From the NCBI GenBank assembly GCA_964016885.1, contig OZ024740.1, forward strand, positions 279,124,001 to 279,188,000: 64,000 nucleotides of DNA. The letters run 5' to 3'. The position numbers and the translations under genes were made by a program. The first letter of the stretch is position 1; each line of letters opens with the position of its first letter. Positions 41,001 through 56,000 of this stretch are shown piece by piece. This DNA comes from Eledone cirrhosa. Lineage: Eukaryota. The notes below the pieces were generated by a model, which saw nothing but the letters and a program-made list of their open reading frames with translations, had not been told where the DNA came from and did not search any database.

Positions 41001-44000
41001 GCCGTCCAAGGGGAGATAATTTAAAAAAAAAAATCAGGCGGAGATAATTTGTAAAAAAAATCAAGGGGAGATAATTTGCAGCCGTCCAAGGGGAGATAAT
41101 TTTCAGTCGTCCAAGGAGAGGTAATTTCTAGCCGTCCAAGGGGAGATAATTGCCAGCCGTCCAAGGGGAGATAATTTCCAGCCGTCCAAGGGGAGATAAT
41201 TTTTTTTAAAAAATCAGGCGGAGATAATTTGTAAAAAAAATCAGGGGGAGATAATTTGTAAACAAAATCAGGGGAAGATAATTTGTAAAAAAAAATCAGG
41301 GGGAGATAATTTGTAAAAAAAATCATGGAGAGATAATTTCCAGCCGTCCAAGGTGAGATAATTTCCAGCCGTCCAAGGAGACATATTTTCCAGCCGTCCA
41401 AGGCGAGGTAATTTCTAGCCGTCCAAGGGGAGATAAATTCCAGCCTCCAAGGGGAGATAATTTCCAGCTAGCCAAGTGGAGATAATTTGTAAAAAAATCA
41501 GGGGGAGATAATTTGTAAAAAATATCAGGGAGATAATTTGTAAAAAAAAATCAGGGGGAGATAATTTGTAAAAAAAATCAGGGGGAGATAATTTGTAAAA
41601 AAAAATCAGGGGGAGATAATTTGTAAAAAAAATCAAGGGGAGATAATTTCCAGCCGTCCAAGGGGAGATAATTTTCAGCCGTCCAAGGGGAGATAATTTC
41701 CCGCCAGCCAAGGGAAGATAATATTTAAAAAAATCAGGCGGAGATAATTTGTAAAAAAAATCAGGGGGAGATAATTTGTAAAAAAATCAGGGGGAGATAA
41801 TTTGTAAAAAAAAAATCAGGGGGAGATAATTTGTAAAAAAAATCAGGGGGAGATAATTTGTAAAAAAAAATCAGGGATAGATAATTTGTAAACAAAAATC
41901 AGGGGGAGATAATTTGTAAAAAAAAATCAGGGGGAGATAATTTGTAAAAAAAATGAAAGGGGAGATAATATCCAGCCGTCCAAGGGGAGATAATTTCCAG
42001 CCGTCCAAGGGGATATAATTTCCAGCCGTCCAAGGGGAGATAATTTCCATCCTTCCAAGGGGATATAATTTCCAGCCGTCCAAGGGGAGATAATTTCCCG
42101 CCAGCCAAGGGAAGATAATTTTTAAAAAAATCAGGCGGAGATTGTAAAAAAAATCAGGGGGGAGATAATTTGTAAAAAAATCAGGGGGAGATAATTTGTA
42201 AAAAATAATCAGGGGGAGATAATTTGTAAAAAAATTCAAGGGGAGATAATTTCCAGCCGTCCAAGGGGAGATAATTTCCCGCCAGCCAAGGGAAGATAAT
42301 ATTTAAAAAAATTAGGCGGAGATAATTTGTAAAAAAAATCAGGGGGAGATAATTTGTAAAAAAATCAGGGGGAGATAATTTGTAAAAAAAATCAGGGGGA
42401 GATAATTTGTAAAAAAAATCATGGGGAGATAATTTGTAAAAAAAAATCAGGAGTAGATAATTTGTAAAAAAAAATCAGGGGGAGATAATTTGTAAAAAAA
42501 AATCAGGGGGAGATAATTTGTAAAAAAAATCAAGGGGAGATAATATCCAGCCGTCCAAGGAGAGATAATTTAAAAAAAAAATGAGGCGGAGATAATTTGT
42601 AAAAAAAAATGAGGGGGAGATAATTTGTAAAAAAAATCAAGGGGAGATAATTTCCAGCCGTCCAAGGGGAGATAATTTTCAGCCGTCCAAGGAGAGGTAA
42701 TTTCTAGCCGTCCAAGGGGAGATAATTTCCAGCCGTCCAAGGGGAGGTAATTTCCAGCCGTCCAAGGGGAGATAATTTGTAAAAAAAAATCAGGGGGAGA
42801 TAATTTGTAAAAAAAATTAGGCGTAGATAATTTGTAAAAAAAAATCAGGGGGAGATAATTTGTAAAAAAAAATCAGGGGGAGATAATTTGTTTAAAAAAT
42901 CAAGGGGAGATAATTTGCAGCCGTCCAAGGGGAGATAATTTTCAGCCGTCCAAGGAGAGGTAATTTCTAGCCGTTCAAGGGGAGATAATTTCCAGCCGTC
43001 CAAGGGGAGATAATTTCCAGCCGTCCAAGGGGAGATAATTTTTTTTAAAAAATCAGGCGGAGATAATTTGTAAAAAAAAATCAGGGGGAGATAATTCGTA
43101 AAAAAAAATCAGGGGGAGATAATTTGTAAAAAAAAATCAGGGGGAGATAATTTGTAAAAAAAATCAAGGGGAGATAATTTCCAGCCGTCCAAGGGGAGGT
43201 AATATCTAGCCGTCCAAGGGGAGATAATTTCCAGCCGTCCAAGGGGAGATAATTTCCAGCCGTCCAAGGGGAGATAATTTCCAGCCGTCCAAGGAGACAT
43301 ATTTTCCAGCCGTCCAAGGCGAGGTAATTTCTAGCCGTCCAAGGGGAGATTAATTCCAGCCTCCAAGGGGAGATAATTTCCAGCCAGCCAAGGGGAGATA
43401 ATTTGTAAAAAAATCAGGGGGAGATAATTTGTAAAAAATATCAGGGAGATAATTTGTAAAAAAAAATCAGGGGGAGATAATTTGTAAAAAAAATCAGGGG
43501 GAGATAATTTGTAAAAAAAAATCAGGGGGAGATAATTTGTAAAAAAAATCAAGGGGAGATAATTTCCAGCCGTCCAAGGGGAGATAATTTTCAGCCGTCC
43601 AAGGAGAGGTAATTTCTAATCCGTCCGAGGAGAGATAATTTCCAGCCGTCCAAGGGGAGATAATTTCCAGCCGTCCAAGGGGAGATAATTTCCAGCCGTC
43701 CAAGGAGACATATTTTCCAGCCGTCCAAGGAGAGGTAATTTCTAGCCGTCCAAGGGGAGATAAATTCCAGCCTCCAAGGGGAGATAATTTCCAGCCAGCC
43801 AAGGGGAGATAATTTGTAAAAAAATCAGGGGGAGATAATTTGCAAAAAAAATCAGGGGGAGATAATTTGTAAAAAAAATCAGGGGGAGATAATTTGTAAA
43901 AAATAATCAGGGGGAGATAATTTCCAGCCGTCCAAGGGAAGATAATTTCCAGCCCTCCAAGGGGCTATAATTTCCAGTGTCCAAGGGGAGATAATTTCCA

Positions 44001-47000
44001 GCCAGCGAAGGGGAGATAATTTTTTTTAAAAAATCATTGGGAGATTTGTAAAAAAAATCAGGGGGAGATAATTTGTAAAAAAAATCAAGGGGAGATAATT
44101 TCCAGCCGTCCAAGGGGAGGTAATATCTAGCCGTCCAAGGGTAGATAATTTCCAGCCGTCCAACGGGAGATAATTTCCAGCCGTCCAAGGGTAGATAATA
44201 TCCAGCCGCCCAAGGACATATTTTCCAGCCGTCCAAGGAGAGGTAATTTCTAGCCGTCCAAGGGGAGATAATTTCCAGCCGTCCAAGGGTAGATAATATC
44301 CAGCCGTCCAAGGACATATTTTCCAGCCGTCCAAGGAGAGGTAATTTCTAGCCGTCCAAGGGGAGATAAATTCCAGCCTCCAAGGGGAGATAATTTCCAG
44401 CCAGCCAAGGGGAGATAATTTGTAAAAAAATCAGGGGGAGATAATTTGTAAAAAAAATCAGGGGGAGATAATTTGTAAAAAAAAATCAGGGGGAGATAAT
44501 TTGTAAAAAAAAATCAGGGTGAGATAATTTGCAAAAAAAATCAGGGGTAGATAATTTGTAAAAAAAAATCAGGGGGAGATAATTTGTAAAAAAAAATCAG
44601 GGGGAGATAATTTGTAAAAAACATCAAGGGGAGATAATTTCCAGCCGTCCAAGGAGAGATAATTTAAAAAAAAATCAGGCGGAGATAATTTGTAAAAAAA
44701 AATCAGGGGGAGATAATTTGTAAAAAAAATCAGGGGGAGATAATTTGTAAAAAAAAATCAGGGGTAGATAATTTGTAAAAAAAAATCAGGGGGAGATAAT
44801 TTGTAAAAAAAAATCAGGAGGAGATAATTTGTAAAAAAAATCAAGGGGAGATAATTTCCAGCCGTCCAAGGAGAGATAATTTAAAAAAAATCAGGCGGAG
44901 ATAATTTGTAAAAAAAAATCAGGTGGAGATAATTTGTAAAAAAAAATCAGGGGGAGATAATTTGTAAAAAAAATCAAGGGGAGATAATTTCCAGCCGTCC
45001 AAGGGGAGATAATTTTCAGCCGTCCAAGGGGAGATAATTTCCAGCCAGCGAAGGGGAGATAATTTTTTTTAAAAAATCATTGGGAGATTTGTAAAAAAAA
45101 TCAGGGGGAGATAATTTGTAAAAAAAATCAAGGGGAGATAATTTCCAGCCGTCCAAGGGGAGGTAATATCTAGCCGTCCAAGGGGAGATAATTTCCAGCC
45201 GTCCAAGGGGAGATAATTTCCAGCCGTCCCAGGGTAGATAATATCCAGCCGCCCAAGGACATATTTTCCAGCCGTCCAAGGAGAGGTAATTTCTAGCCGT
45301 CCAAGGGGAGATAAATTCCAGCCTCCAAGGGGAGATAATTTCCAGCCAGCCAAGGGGAGATAATTTGTAAAAAAATCAGGGGGAGATAATTTGTAAAAAA
45401 AATCAGGGGGAGATAATTTGTAAAAAAAAATCAGGGGGAGATAATTTGTAAAAAAAAATCAGGGGGAGATAATTTGCAAAAAAAATCAGGGGGAGATAAT
45501 TTGTAAAAAAAAATCAGGGGTAGATAATTTGTAAAAAAAAATCGGGGAGATAATTTGTAAAAAAAAATCAGGGGGAGATAATTTGTAAAAAAAATCAAGG
45601 GGAGATAATTTCCAGCCGTCCAAGGAGAGATAATTTTAAAAAAAATCAGGCGGAGATAATTTGTAAAAAAAAATCAGGGGGAGATAATTTGTAAAAAAAA
45701 TCAGGGGGAGATAATTTGTAAAAAAAAATCAGGGGTAGATAATTTGTAAAAAAAAATCAGGGGGAGATAATTTGTAAAAAAAAATCAGGGGGAGATAATT
45801 TGTAAATAAAATCAAGGGGAGATAATTTCCAGCCGTCCAAGGAGAGATAATTTTAAAAAAAATCAGGCGGAGATAATTTGTAAAAAAAAATCAGGGGGAG
45901 ATAATTTGTAAAAAAAATCAGGGGGAGATAATTTGTAAAAAAATTCATGGGGAGATAATTTGTAAAAAAAAATCAGGGGTAGATAATTTGTAAAAAAAAA
46001 TCAGGGGGAGATAATTTGTAAAAAAAAATCAGGGGGAGATAATTTGTAAAAAAAATCAAGGGGAGATAATTTCCAGCCGTCCAAGGGGAGATAATTTTCA
46101 GCCGTCCAAGGAGAGGTAATTTCTAGCCGTCCAAGGGGAGATAATTTCCAGCCGTCCAAGGGGAGGTAATTTCCAGCCGTCCAAGGGGAGATAATTTAAA
46201 AAAAAAAATCAGGCGGAGATAATTTGTAAAAAAAATCAAGGGGAGATAATTTGCAGCCGTCCAAGGGGAGATAATTTTCAGTCGTCCAAGGAGAGGTAAT
46301 TTCTAGCCGTCCAAGGGGAGATAATTGCCAGCCGTCCAAGGGGAGATAATTTCCAGCCGTCCAAGGGGAGATAATTTTTTTTAAAAAATCAGGCGGAGAT
46401 AATTTGTAAAAAAAATCAGGGGGAGATAATTTGTAAACAAAATCAGGGGGAGATAATTTGTAAAAAAAAATCAGGGGGAGATAATTTGTAAAAAAAATCA
46501 TGGAGAGATAATTTCCAGCCGTCCAAGGTGAGATAATTTCCAGCCGTCCAAGGAGACATATTTTCCAGCCGTCCAAGGCGAGGTAATTTCTAGCCGTCCA
46601 AGGGGAGATAAATTCCAGCCTCCAAGGGGAGATAATTTCCAGCTAGCCAAGTGGAGATAATTTGTAAAAAAATCAGGGGGAGATAATTTGTAAAAAATAT
46701 CAGGGAGATAATTTGTAAAAAAAAATCAGGGGGAGATAATTTGTAAAAAAAATCAGGGGGAGATAATTTGTAAAAAAAAATCAGGGGGAGATAATTTGTA
46801 AAAAAAATCAAGGGGAGATAATTTCCAGCCGTCCAAGGGGAGATAATTTTCAGCCGTCCAAGGGGAGATAATTTCCCGCCAGCCAAGGGAAGATAATATT
46901 TAAAAAAATCAGGCGGAGATAATTTGTAAAAAAAATCAGGGGGAGATAATTTGTAAAAAAATCAGGGGGAGATAATTTGTAAAAAAAAAATCAGGGGGAG

Positions 47001-50000
47001 ATAATTTGTAAAAAAAATCTGGGGGAGATAATTTGTAAAAAAAAATCAGGGATAGATAATTTGTAAACAAAAATCAGGGGGAGATAATTTGTAAAAAAAA
47101 ATCAGGGGGAGATAATTTGTAAAAAAAATGAAAGGGGAGATAATATCCAGCCGTCCAAGGGGAGATAATTTCCAGCCGTCCAAGGGGATATAATTTCCAG
47201 CCGTCCAAGGGGAGATAATTTCCATCCTTCCAAGGGGATATAATTTCCAGCCGTCCAAGGGGAGATAATTTCCCGCCAGCCAAGGGAAGATAATTTTTAA
47301 AAAAATCAGGCGGAGATTGTAAAAAAAATCAGGGGGGAGATAATTTGTAAAAAAATCAGGGGGAGATAATTTGTAAAAAATAATCAGGGGGAGATAATTT
47401 GTAAAAAAATTCAAGGGGAGATAATTTCCAGCCGTCCAAGGGGAGATAATTTCCCGCCAGCCAAGGGAAGATAATATTTAAAAAAATTAGGCGGAGATAA
47501 TTTGTAAAAAAAATCAGGGGGAGATAATTTGTAAAAAAATCAGGGGGAGATAATTTGTAAAAAAAATCAGGGGGAGATAATTTGTAAAAAAAATCATGGG
47601 GAGATAATTTGTAAAAAAAAATCAGGGGTAGATAATTTGTAAAAAAAAATCAGGGGGAGATAATTTGTAAAAAAAAATCAGGGGGAGATAATTTGTAAAA
47701 AAAATCAAGGGGAGATAATATCCAGCCGTCCAAGGAGAGATAATTTAAAAAAAAATGAGGCGGAGATAATTTGTAAAAAAAAAATCAGGGGGAGTTAATT
47801 TGTAAAAAAAAATGAGGGGGAGATAATTTGTAAAAAAAATCAAGGGGAGATAATTTCCAGCCGTCCAAGGGAGATAATTTTCAGCCGTCCAAGGAGAGGT
47901 AATTTCTAGCCGTCCAAGGGGAGATAATTTCCAGCCGTCCAAGGGGAGGTAATTTCCAGCCGTCCAAGGGGAGATAATTTTAAAAAAAAATCAGGCGGAG
48001 ATAATTTGTAAAAAAAATCAAGGGGAGATAATTTGCAGCCGTCCAAGGGGAGATAATTTTCAGTCGTCCAAGGAGAGGTAATTTCTAGCCGTCCAAGGGG
48101 AGATAATTTCCAGCCGTCCAAGGGGAGATAATTTCCAGCCGTCCAAGGGGAGATAATTTTTTTTAAAAAATCAGGCGGAGATAATTTGTAAAAAAAATCA
48201 GGGGGAGATAATTTGTAAACAAAATCAGGGGGAGATAATTTGTAAAAAAAAATCAGGGGGAGATAATTTGTAAAAAAAATTAGGCGTAGATAATTTGTAA
48301 AAAAAAATCAGGGGGAGATAATTTGTAAAAAAAAATCAGGGGGAGATAATTTGTTTAAAAAATCAAGGGGAGATAATTTGCAGCCGTCCAAGGGGAGATA
48401 ATTTTCAGCCGTCCAAGGAGAGGTAATTTCTAGCCGTTCAAGGGGAGATAATTTCCAGCCGTCCAAGGGGAGATAATTTCCAGCCGTCCAAGGGGAGATA
48501 ATTTTTTTTAAAAAATCAGGCGGAGATAATTTGTAAAAAAAAATCAGGGGGAGATAATTCGTAAAAAAAAATCAGGGGGAGATAATTTGTAAAAAAAAAT
48601 CAGGGGGAGATAATTTGTAAAAAAAATCAAGGGGAGATAATTTCCAGCCGTCCAAGGGGAGGTAATATCTAGCCGTCCAAGGGGAGATAATTTCCAGCCG
48701 TCCAAGGGGAGATAATTTCCAGCCATCCAAGGGGAGATAATTTCCAGCCGTCCAAGGAGACATATTTTCCAGCCGTCCAAGGCGAGGTAATTTCTAGCCG
48801 TCCAAGGGGAGATTAATTCCAGCCTCCAAGGGGAGATAATTTCCAGCCAGCCAAGGGGAGATAATTTGTAAAAAAATCAGGGGGAGATAATTTGTAAAAA
48901 ATATCAGGGAGATAATTTGTAAAAAAAAATCAGGGGGAGATAATTTGTAAAAAAAATCAGGGGGAGATAATTTGTAAAAAAAAATCAGGGGGAGATAATT
49001 TGTAAAAAAAATCAAGGGGAGATAATTTCCAGCCGTCCAAGGGGAGATAATTTTCAGCCGTCCAAGGAGAGGTAATTTCTAACCGTCCGAGGAGAGATAA
49101 TTTCCAGCCGTCCAAGGGGAGATAATTTCCAGCCGTCCAAGGGGAGATAATTTCCAGCCGTCCAAGGAGACATATTTTCCAGCCGTGCAAGGAGAGGTAA
49201 TTTCTAGCCGTCCAAGGGGAGATAAATTCCAGCCTCCAAGGGGAGATAATTTCCAGCCAGCCAAGGGGAGATAATTTGTAAAAAAATCAGGGGGAGATAA
49301 TTTGCAAAAAAAATCAGGGGGAGATAATTTGTAAAAAAAAATTAGGGGGAGATAATTTGTAAAAAATAATCAGGGGGAGATAATTTCCAGCCGTCCAAGG
49401 GAAGATAATTTCCAGCCCTCCAAGGGGCTATAATTTCCAGTGTCCAAGGGGAGATAATTTCCAGCCAGCGAAGGGGAGATAATTTTTTTTAAAAAATCAT
49501 TGGGAGATTTGTAAAAAAAATCAAGGGGAGATAATTTCCAGCCGTCCAAGGGGAGGTAATATCTAGCCGTCCAAGGGTAGATAATTTCCAGCCGTCCAAC
49601 GGGAGATAATTTCCAGCCGTCCAAGGGTAGATAATATCCAGCCGCCCAAGGACATATTTTCCAGCCGTCCAAGGAGAGGTAATTTCTAGCCGTCCAAGGG
49701 GAGATAATTTCCAGCCGTCCAAGGGTAGATAATATCCAGCCGTCCAAGGACATATTTTCCAGCCGTCCAAGGAGAGGTAATTTCTAGCCGTCCAAGGGGA
49801 GATAAATTCCAGCCTCCAAGGGGAGATAATTTCCAGCCAGCCAAGGGGAGATAATTTGTAAAAAAATCAGGGGGAGATAATTTGTAAAAAAAATCAGGGG
49901 GAGATAATTTGTAAAAAAAAATCAGGGGGAGATAATTTGTAAAAAAAAATCAGGGTGAGATAATTTGCAAAAAAAATCAGGGGGAGATAATTTGTAAAAA

Positions 50001-53000
50001 AAAATCAGGGGTAGATAATTTGTAAAAAAAAATCAGGGGGAGATAATTTGTAAAAAAAAATCAGGGGGAGATAATTTGTAAAAAAAATCAAGGGGAGATA
50101 ATTTCCAGCCGTCCAAGGAGAGATAATTTAAAAAAAAATCAGGCGGAGATAATTTGTAAAAAAAAATCAGGGGGAGATAATTTGTAAAAAAAATCAGGGG
50201 GAGATAATTTGTAAAAAAAAATCAGGGGTAGATAATTTGTAAAAAAAAATCAGGGGGAGATAATTTGTAAAAAAAAATCAGGAGGAGATAATTTGTAAAA
50301 AAAATCAAGGGGAGATAATTTCCAGCCGTCCAAGGAGAGATAATTTAAAAAAAAATCAGGCGGAGATAATTTGTAAAAAAAAATCAGGGGGAGATAATTT
50401 GTAAAAAAAAATCAGGGGGAGATAATTTGTAAAAAAAATCAAGGGGAGATAATTTCCAGCCGTCCAAGGGGAGATAATTTTCAGCCGTCCAAGGGGAGAT
50501 AATTTCCCGCCAGCCAAGGGAAGATAATATTCAAAAATCAGGCGGAGATAATTTGTAAAAAAAATCAGGGGGAGATAATTTGTAAAAAAATCAGGGGGAG
50601 ATAATTTGTAAAAAAAAAAATCAGGGGGAGATAATTTGTAAAAAAAATCAGGGGGAGATAATTTGTAAAAAAAAATCAGGGGTAGATAATTTGTAAAAAA
50701 AAATCAGGGGGAGATAATTTGTAAAAAAAAATCAGGGGGAGATAATTTGTAAAAAAAATGAAAGGGGAGATAATATCCAGCCGTCCAAGGGGAGATAATT
50801 TCCAGCCGTCCAAGGGGAGATAATTTCCAGCCGTCCAAGGGGAGATAATTTCCATCCTTCCAAGGGGATATAATTTCCAGCCGTCCAAGGGGAGATAATT
50901 TCCATCCTTCCAAGGGGATATAATTTCCAGCCGTCCAAGGGGAGATAATTTTCAGCCGTCCAAGGAGAGGTAATTTCTAGCCGTCCAAGGAGAGATAATT
51001 TCCAGCCGTCCAAGGGGAGATAATTTCCAGCCGTCCAAGGGGAGATAATTTCCAGCCGTCCAAGGAGACATATTTTCCAGCCGTCCAAGGAGAGGTAATT
51101 CCTAGCCGTCCAAGGGGAGATAAATTCCAGCCTCCAAGGGGAGATAATTTCCAGCCAGCCAAGGGGAGATAATTTGTAAAAAAAATCAGGGGGAGATAAT
51201 TTGTAAAAAAAATCAGGGGGAGATAATTTGTAAAAAAAAATCAGGGGGAGATAATTTGTAAAAAATAATCAGGGGGAGATAATTTGTAAAAAAAATCAAG
51301 GGGAGATAATTTCCAGCCGTCCAAGGGGAGATAATTTTCAGCCGTCCAAGGGGAGATAATTTCCCGCCAGCCAAGGGAAGATAATATTTAAAAAAATTAG
51401 GCGGAGATAATTTGTAAAAAAAATCAGGGGGAGATAATTTGTAAAAAAATCAGGGGGAGATAATTTGTAAAAAAAATCAGGGGGAGATAATTTGTAAAAA
51501 AAATCAGGGGGAGATAATTTGTAAAAAAAAATCAGGGGGAGATAATTTGTAAAAAAAATCAAGGGGAGATAATTTCCAGCCGTCCAAGGGAAGATAATTT
51601 CCAGCCCTCCAAGGGGCTATAATTTCCAGCGTCCAAGGGGAGATAATTTCCAGCCAGCGAAGGGGAGATAATTTTTTTTAAAAAATCATTGGGAGATTTG
51701 TAAAAAAAATCAGGGGGAGATAATTTGTAAAAAAAATCAAGGGGAGATAATTTCCAGCCGTCCAAGGGGAGGTAATATCTAGCCGTCCAAGGGGAGATAA
51801 TTTCCAGCCGTCCAAGGGGAGATAATTTCCAGCCGTCCAAGGGTAGATAATATCCAGCCGTCCAAGGACATATTTTCCAGCCGTCCAAGGAGAGGTAATT
51901 TCTAGCCGTCCAAGGGGAGATAAATTCCAGCCTCCAAGGTGAGATAATTTCCAGCCAGCCAAGGGGAGATAATTTGTAAAAAAATCAGGGGGAGATAATT
52001 TGTAAAAAAAATCAGGGGGAGATAATTTGTAAAAAAAAATCAGGGGGAGATAATTTGTAAAAAAAAATCAGGGGGAGATAATTTGTAAAAAAAAATCAGG
52101 GGGAGATAATTTGTAAAAAAATCAAGGGGAGATAATTTCCAGCCGTCCAAGGGGAGATAATTTTCAGCCGTCCAAGGGGAGATAATTTCCCGCCAGCCAA
52201 GGGAAGATAATATTTGAAAAAATCAGGCGGAGATAATTTGTAAAAAAAATCAGGGGGAGATAATTTGTAAAAAAATCAGGGGGAGATAATTTGTAAAAAA
52301 AAATCAGGGGGAGATAATTTGTAAAAAGAATCAGGGGGAGATAATTTGTAAAAAAAAATCAGGGGTAGATAAATTGTAAAAAAAAATCAGGGGGAGATAA
52401 TTTGTAAAAAAAATCAGGGGGAGATAATTTGTAAAAAAAATGAAAGGGGAGATAATATCCAGCCGTCCAAGGGGAGATAATTTCCAGCCGTCCAAGGGGA
52501 GATAATTTCCAGCCGTCCAAGGGGAGATAATTTCCATCCTTCCAAGGGGATATAATTTCCAGCCGTCCAAGGGGAGATAATTTCCCGCCAGCCAAGGGAA
52601 GATAATTTTAAAAAAAATCAGGCGGAGATTGTAAAAAAAATCAGGGGGGAGATAATTTGTAAAAAAATCAGGGGGAGATAATTTGTAAAAAAAAATCAGG
52701 GGGAGATAATTTGTAAAAAATATTCAGGGGGAGATAATTTGTAAAAAAAAATCAAGGGGAGATAATTTCCAGCCGTCCAAGGGGAGATAATTTCCCGCCA
52801 GCCAAGGGAAGATAATATTAAAAAAAATTAGGCGGAGATAATTTGTAAAAAAAATCAGGGGGAGATAATTTGTAAAAAAATCAGGGGGAGATAATTTGTA
52901 AAAAAAATCAGGGGGAGATAATTTGTAAAAAAATTCATGGGGAGATAATTTGTAAAAAAAAATCAGGGGTAGATAATTTGTAAAAAAAAATCAGGGGGAG

Positions 53001-56000
53001 ATAATTTGTAAAAAAAAATCAGGGGGAGATAATTTGTAAAAAAAATCAAGGGGAGATAATTTTCAGCCGTCCAAGGAGAGGTAATTTCTAGCCGTCCAAG
53101 GGGAGATAATTTCCAGCCGTCCAAGGGGAGGTAATTTCCAGCCGTCCAAGGGGAGATAATTTTAAAAAAAAAATCAGGCGGAGATAATTTGTAAAAAAAA
53201 TCAAGGGGAGATAATTTGCAGCCGTCCAAGGGGAGATAATTTTCAGTCGTCCAAGGAGAGGTAATTTCTAGCCGTCCAAGGGGAGATAATTGCCAGCCGT
53301 CCAAGGGGAGATAATTTCCAGCCGTCCAAGGGGAGATAATTTTTTTTAAAAAATCAGGCGGAGATAATTTGTAAAAAAAATCAGGGGGAGATAATTTGTA
53401 AACAAAATCAGGGGGAGATAATTTGTAAAAAAAAATCAGGGGGAGATAATTTGTAAAAAAAATCATGGAGAGATAATTTCCAGCCGTCCAAGGTGAGATA
53501 ATTTCCAGCCGTCCAAGGAGACATATTTTCCAGCCGTCCAAGGCGAGGTAATTTCTAGCCGTCCAAGGGGAGATAAATTCCAGCCTCCAAGGGGAGATAA
53601 TTTCCAGCTAGCCAAGTGGAGATAATTTGTAAAAAATCAGGGGGAGATAATTTGTAAAAAATATCAGGGAGATAATTTGTAAAAAAAAATCAGGGGGAGA
53701 TAATTTGTAAAAAAAATCAGGGGGAGATAATTTGTAAAAAAAAATCAGGGGGAGATAATTTGTAAAAAAAATCAAGGGGAGATAATTTCCAGCCGTCCAA
53801 GGGGAGATAATTTTCAGCCGTCCAGGGGGAGATAATTTCCCGCCAGCCAAGGGAAGATAATATTTAAAAAAATCAGGCGGAGATAATTTGTAAAAAAAAT
53901 CAGGGGGAGATAATTTGTAAAAAAATCAGGGGGAGATAATTTGTAAAAAAAAAATCAGGGGGAGATAATTTGTAAAAAAAATCAGGGGGAGATAATTTGT
54001 AAAAAAAAATCAGGGATAGATAATTTGTAAACAAAAATCAGGGGGAGATAATTTGTAAAAAAAAATCAGGGGGAGATAATTTGTAAAAAAAATGAAAGGG
54101 GAGATAATATCCAGCCGTCCAAGGGGAGATAATTTCCAGCCGTCCAAGGGGATATAATTTCCAGCCGTCCAAGGGGAGATAATTTCCATCCTTCCAAGGG
54201 GATATAATTTCCAGCCGTCCAAGGGGAGATAATTTCCCGCCAGCCAAGGGAAGATAATTTTAAAAAAAATCAGGCGGAGATTGTAAAAAAAATCAGGGGG
54301 GAGATAATTTGTAAAAAAATCAGGGGGAGATAATTTGTAAAAAATAATCAGGGGGAGATAATTTGTAAAAAAATTCAAGGGGAGATAATTTCCAGCCGTC
54401 CAAGGGGAGATAATTTCCCGCCAGCCAAGGGAAGATAATATTTAAAAAAATTAGGCGGAGATAATTTGTAAAAAAAATCAGGGGGAGATAATTTGTAAAA
54501 AAATCAGGGGGAGATAATTTGTAAAAAAAATCAGGGGGAGATAATTTGTAAAAAAAATCATGGGGAGATAATTTGTAAAAAAAAATCAGGGGTAGATAAT
54601 TTGTAAAAAAAAATCAGGGGGAGATAATTTGTAAAAAAAAATCAGGGGGAGATAATTTGTAAAAAAAATCAAGGGGAGATAATATCCAGCCGTCCAAGGA
54701 GAGATAATTTAAAAAAAAAATGAGGCGGAGATAATTTGTAAAAAAAAAATCAGGGGGAGTTAATTTGTAAAAAAAAATGAGGGGGAGATAATTTGTAAAA
54801 AAAATCAAGGGGAGATAATTTCCAGCCGTCCAAGGGGAGATAATTTTCAGCCGTCCAAGGAGAGGTAATTTCTAGCCGTCCAAGGGGAGATAATTTCCAG
54901 CCGTCCAAGGGGAGGTAATTTCCAGCCGTCCAAGGGGAGATAATTTTTAAAAAAAATCAGGCGGAGATAATTTGTAAAAAAAATCAAGGGGAGATAATTT
55001 GCAGCCGTCCAAGGGGAGATAATTTTCAGTCGTCCAAGGAGAGGTAATTTCTAGCCGTCCAAGGGGAGATAATTTCCAGCCGTCCAAGGGGAGATAATTT
55101 CCAGCCGTCCAAGGGGAGATAATTTTTTTTAAAAAATCAGGCGGAGATAATTTGTAAAAAAAATCAGGGGGAGATAATTTGTAAACAAAATCAGGGGGAG
55201 ATAATTTGTAAAAAAAAATCAGGGGGAGATAATTTGTAAAAAAAATTAGGCGTAGATAATTTGTAAAAAAAATCAGGGGGAGATAATTTGTAAAAAAAAA
55301 TCAGGGGGAGATAATTTGTTTAAAAAATCAAGGGGAGATAATTTGCAGCCGTCCAAGGGGAGATAATTTTCAGCCGTCCAAGGAGAGGTAATTTCTAGCC
55401 GTTCAAGGGGAGATAATTTCCAGCCGTCCAAGGGGAGATAATTTCCAGCCGTCCAAGGGGAGATAATTTTTTTTAAAAAATCAGGCGGAGATAATTTGTA
55501 AAAAAAAATCAGGGGGAGATAATTCGTAAAAAAAAATCAGGGGGAGATAATTTGTAAAAAAAAATCAGGGGGAGATAATTTGTAAAAAAAATCAAGGGGA
55601 GATAATTTCCAGCCGTCCAAGGGGAGGTAATATCTAGCCGTCCAAGGGGAGATAATTTCCAGCCGTCCAAGGGGAGATAATTTCCAGCCGTCCAAGGGGA
55701 GATAATTTCCAGCCGTCCAAGGAGACATATTTTCCAGCCGTCCAAGGCGAGGTAATTTCTAGCCGTCCAAGGGGAGATTAATTCCAGCCTCCAAGGGGAG
55801 ATAATTTCCAGCCAGCCAAGGGGAGATAATTTGTAAAAAAATCAGGGGGAGATAATTTGTAAAAAATATCAGGGAGATAATTTGTAAAAAAAATCAGGGG
55901 GAGATAATTTGTAAAAAAAAATCAGGGGTAGATAATTTGTAAAAAAAAATCAGGGGGAGATAATTTGTAAAAAAAAATCAGGGGGAGATAATTTGTAAAA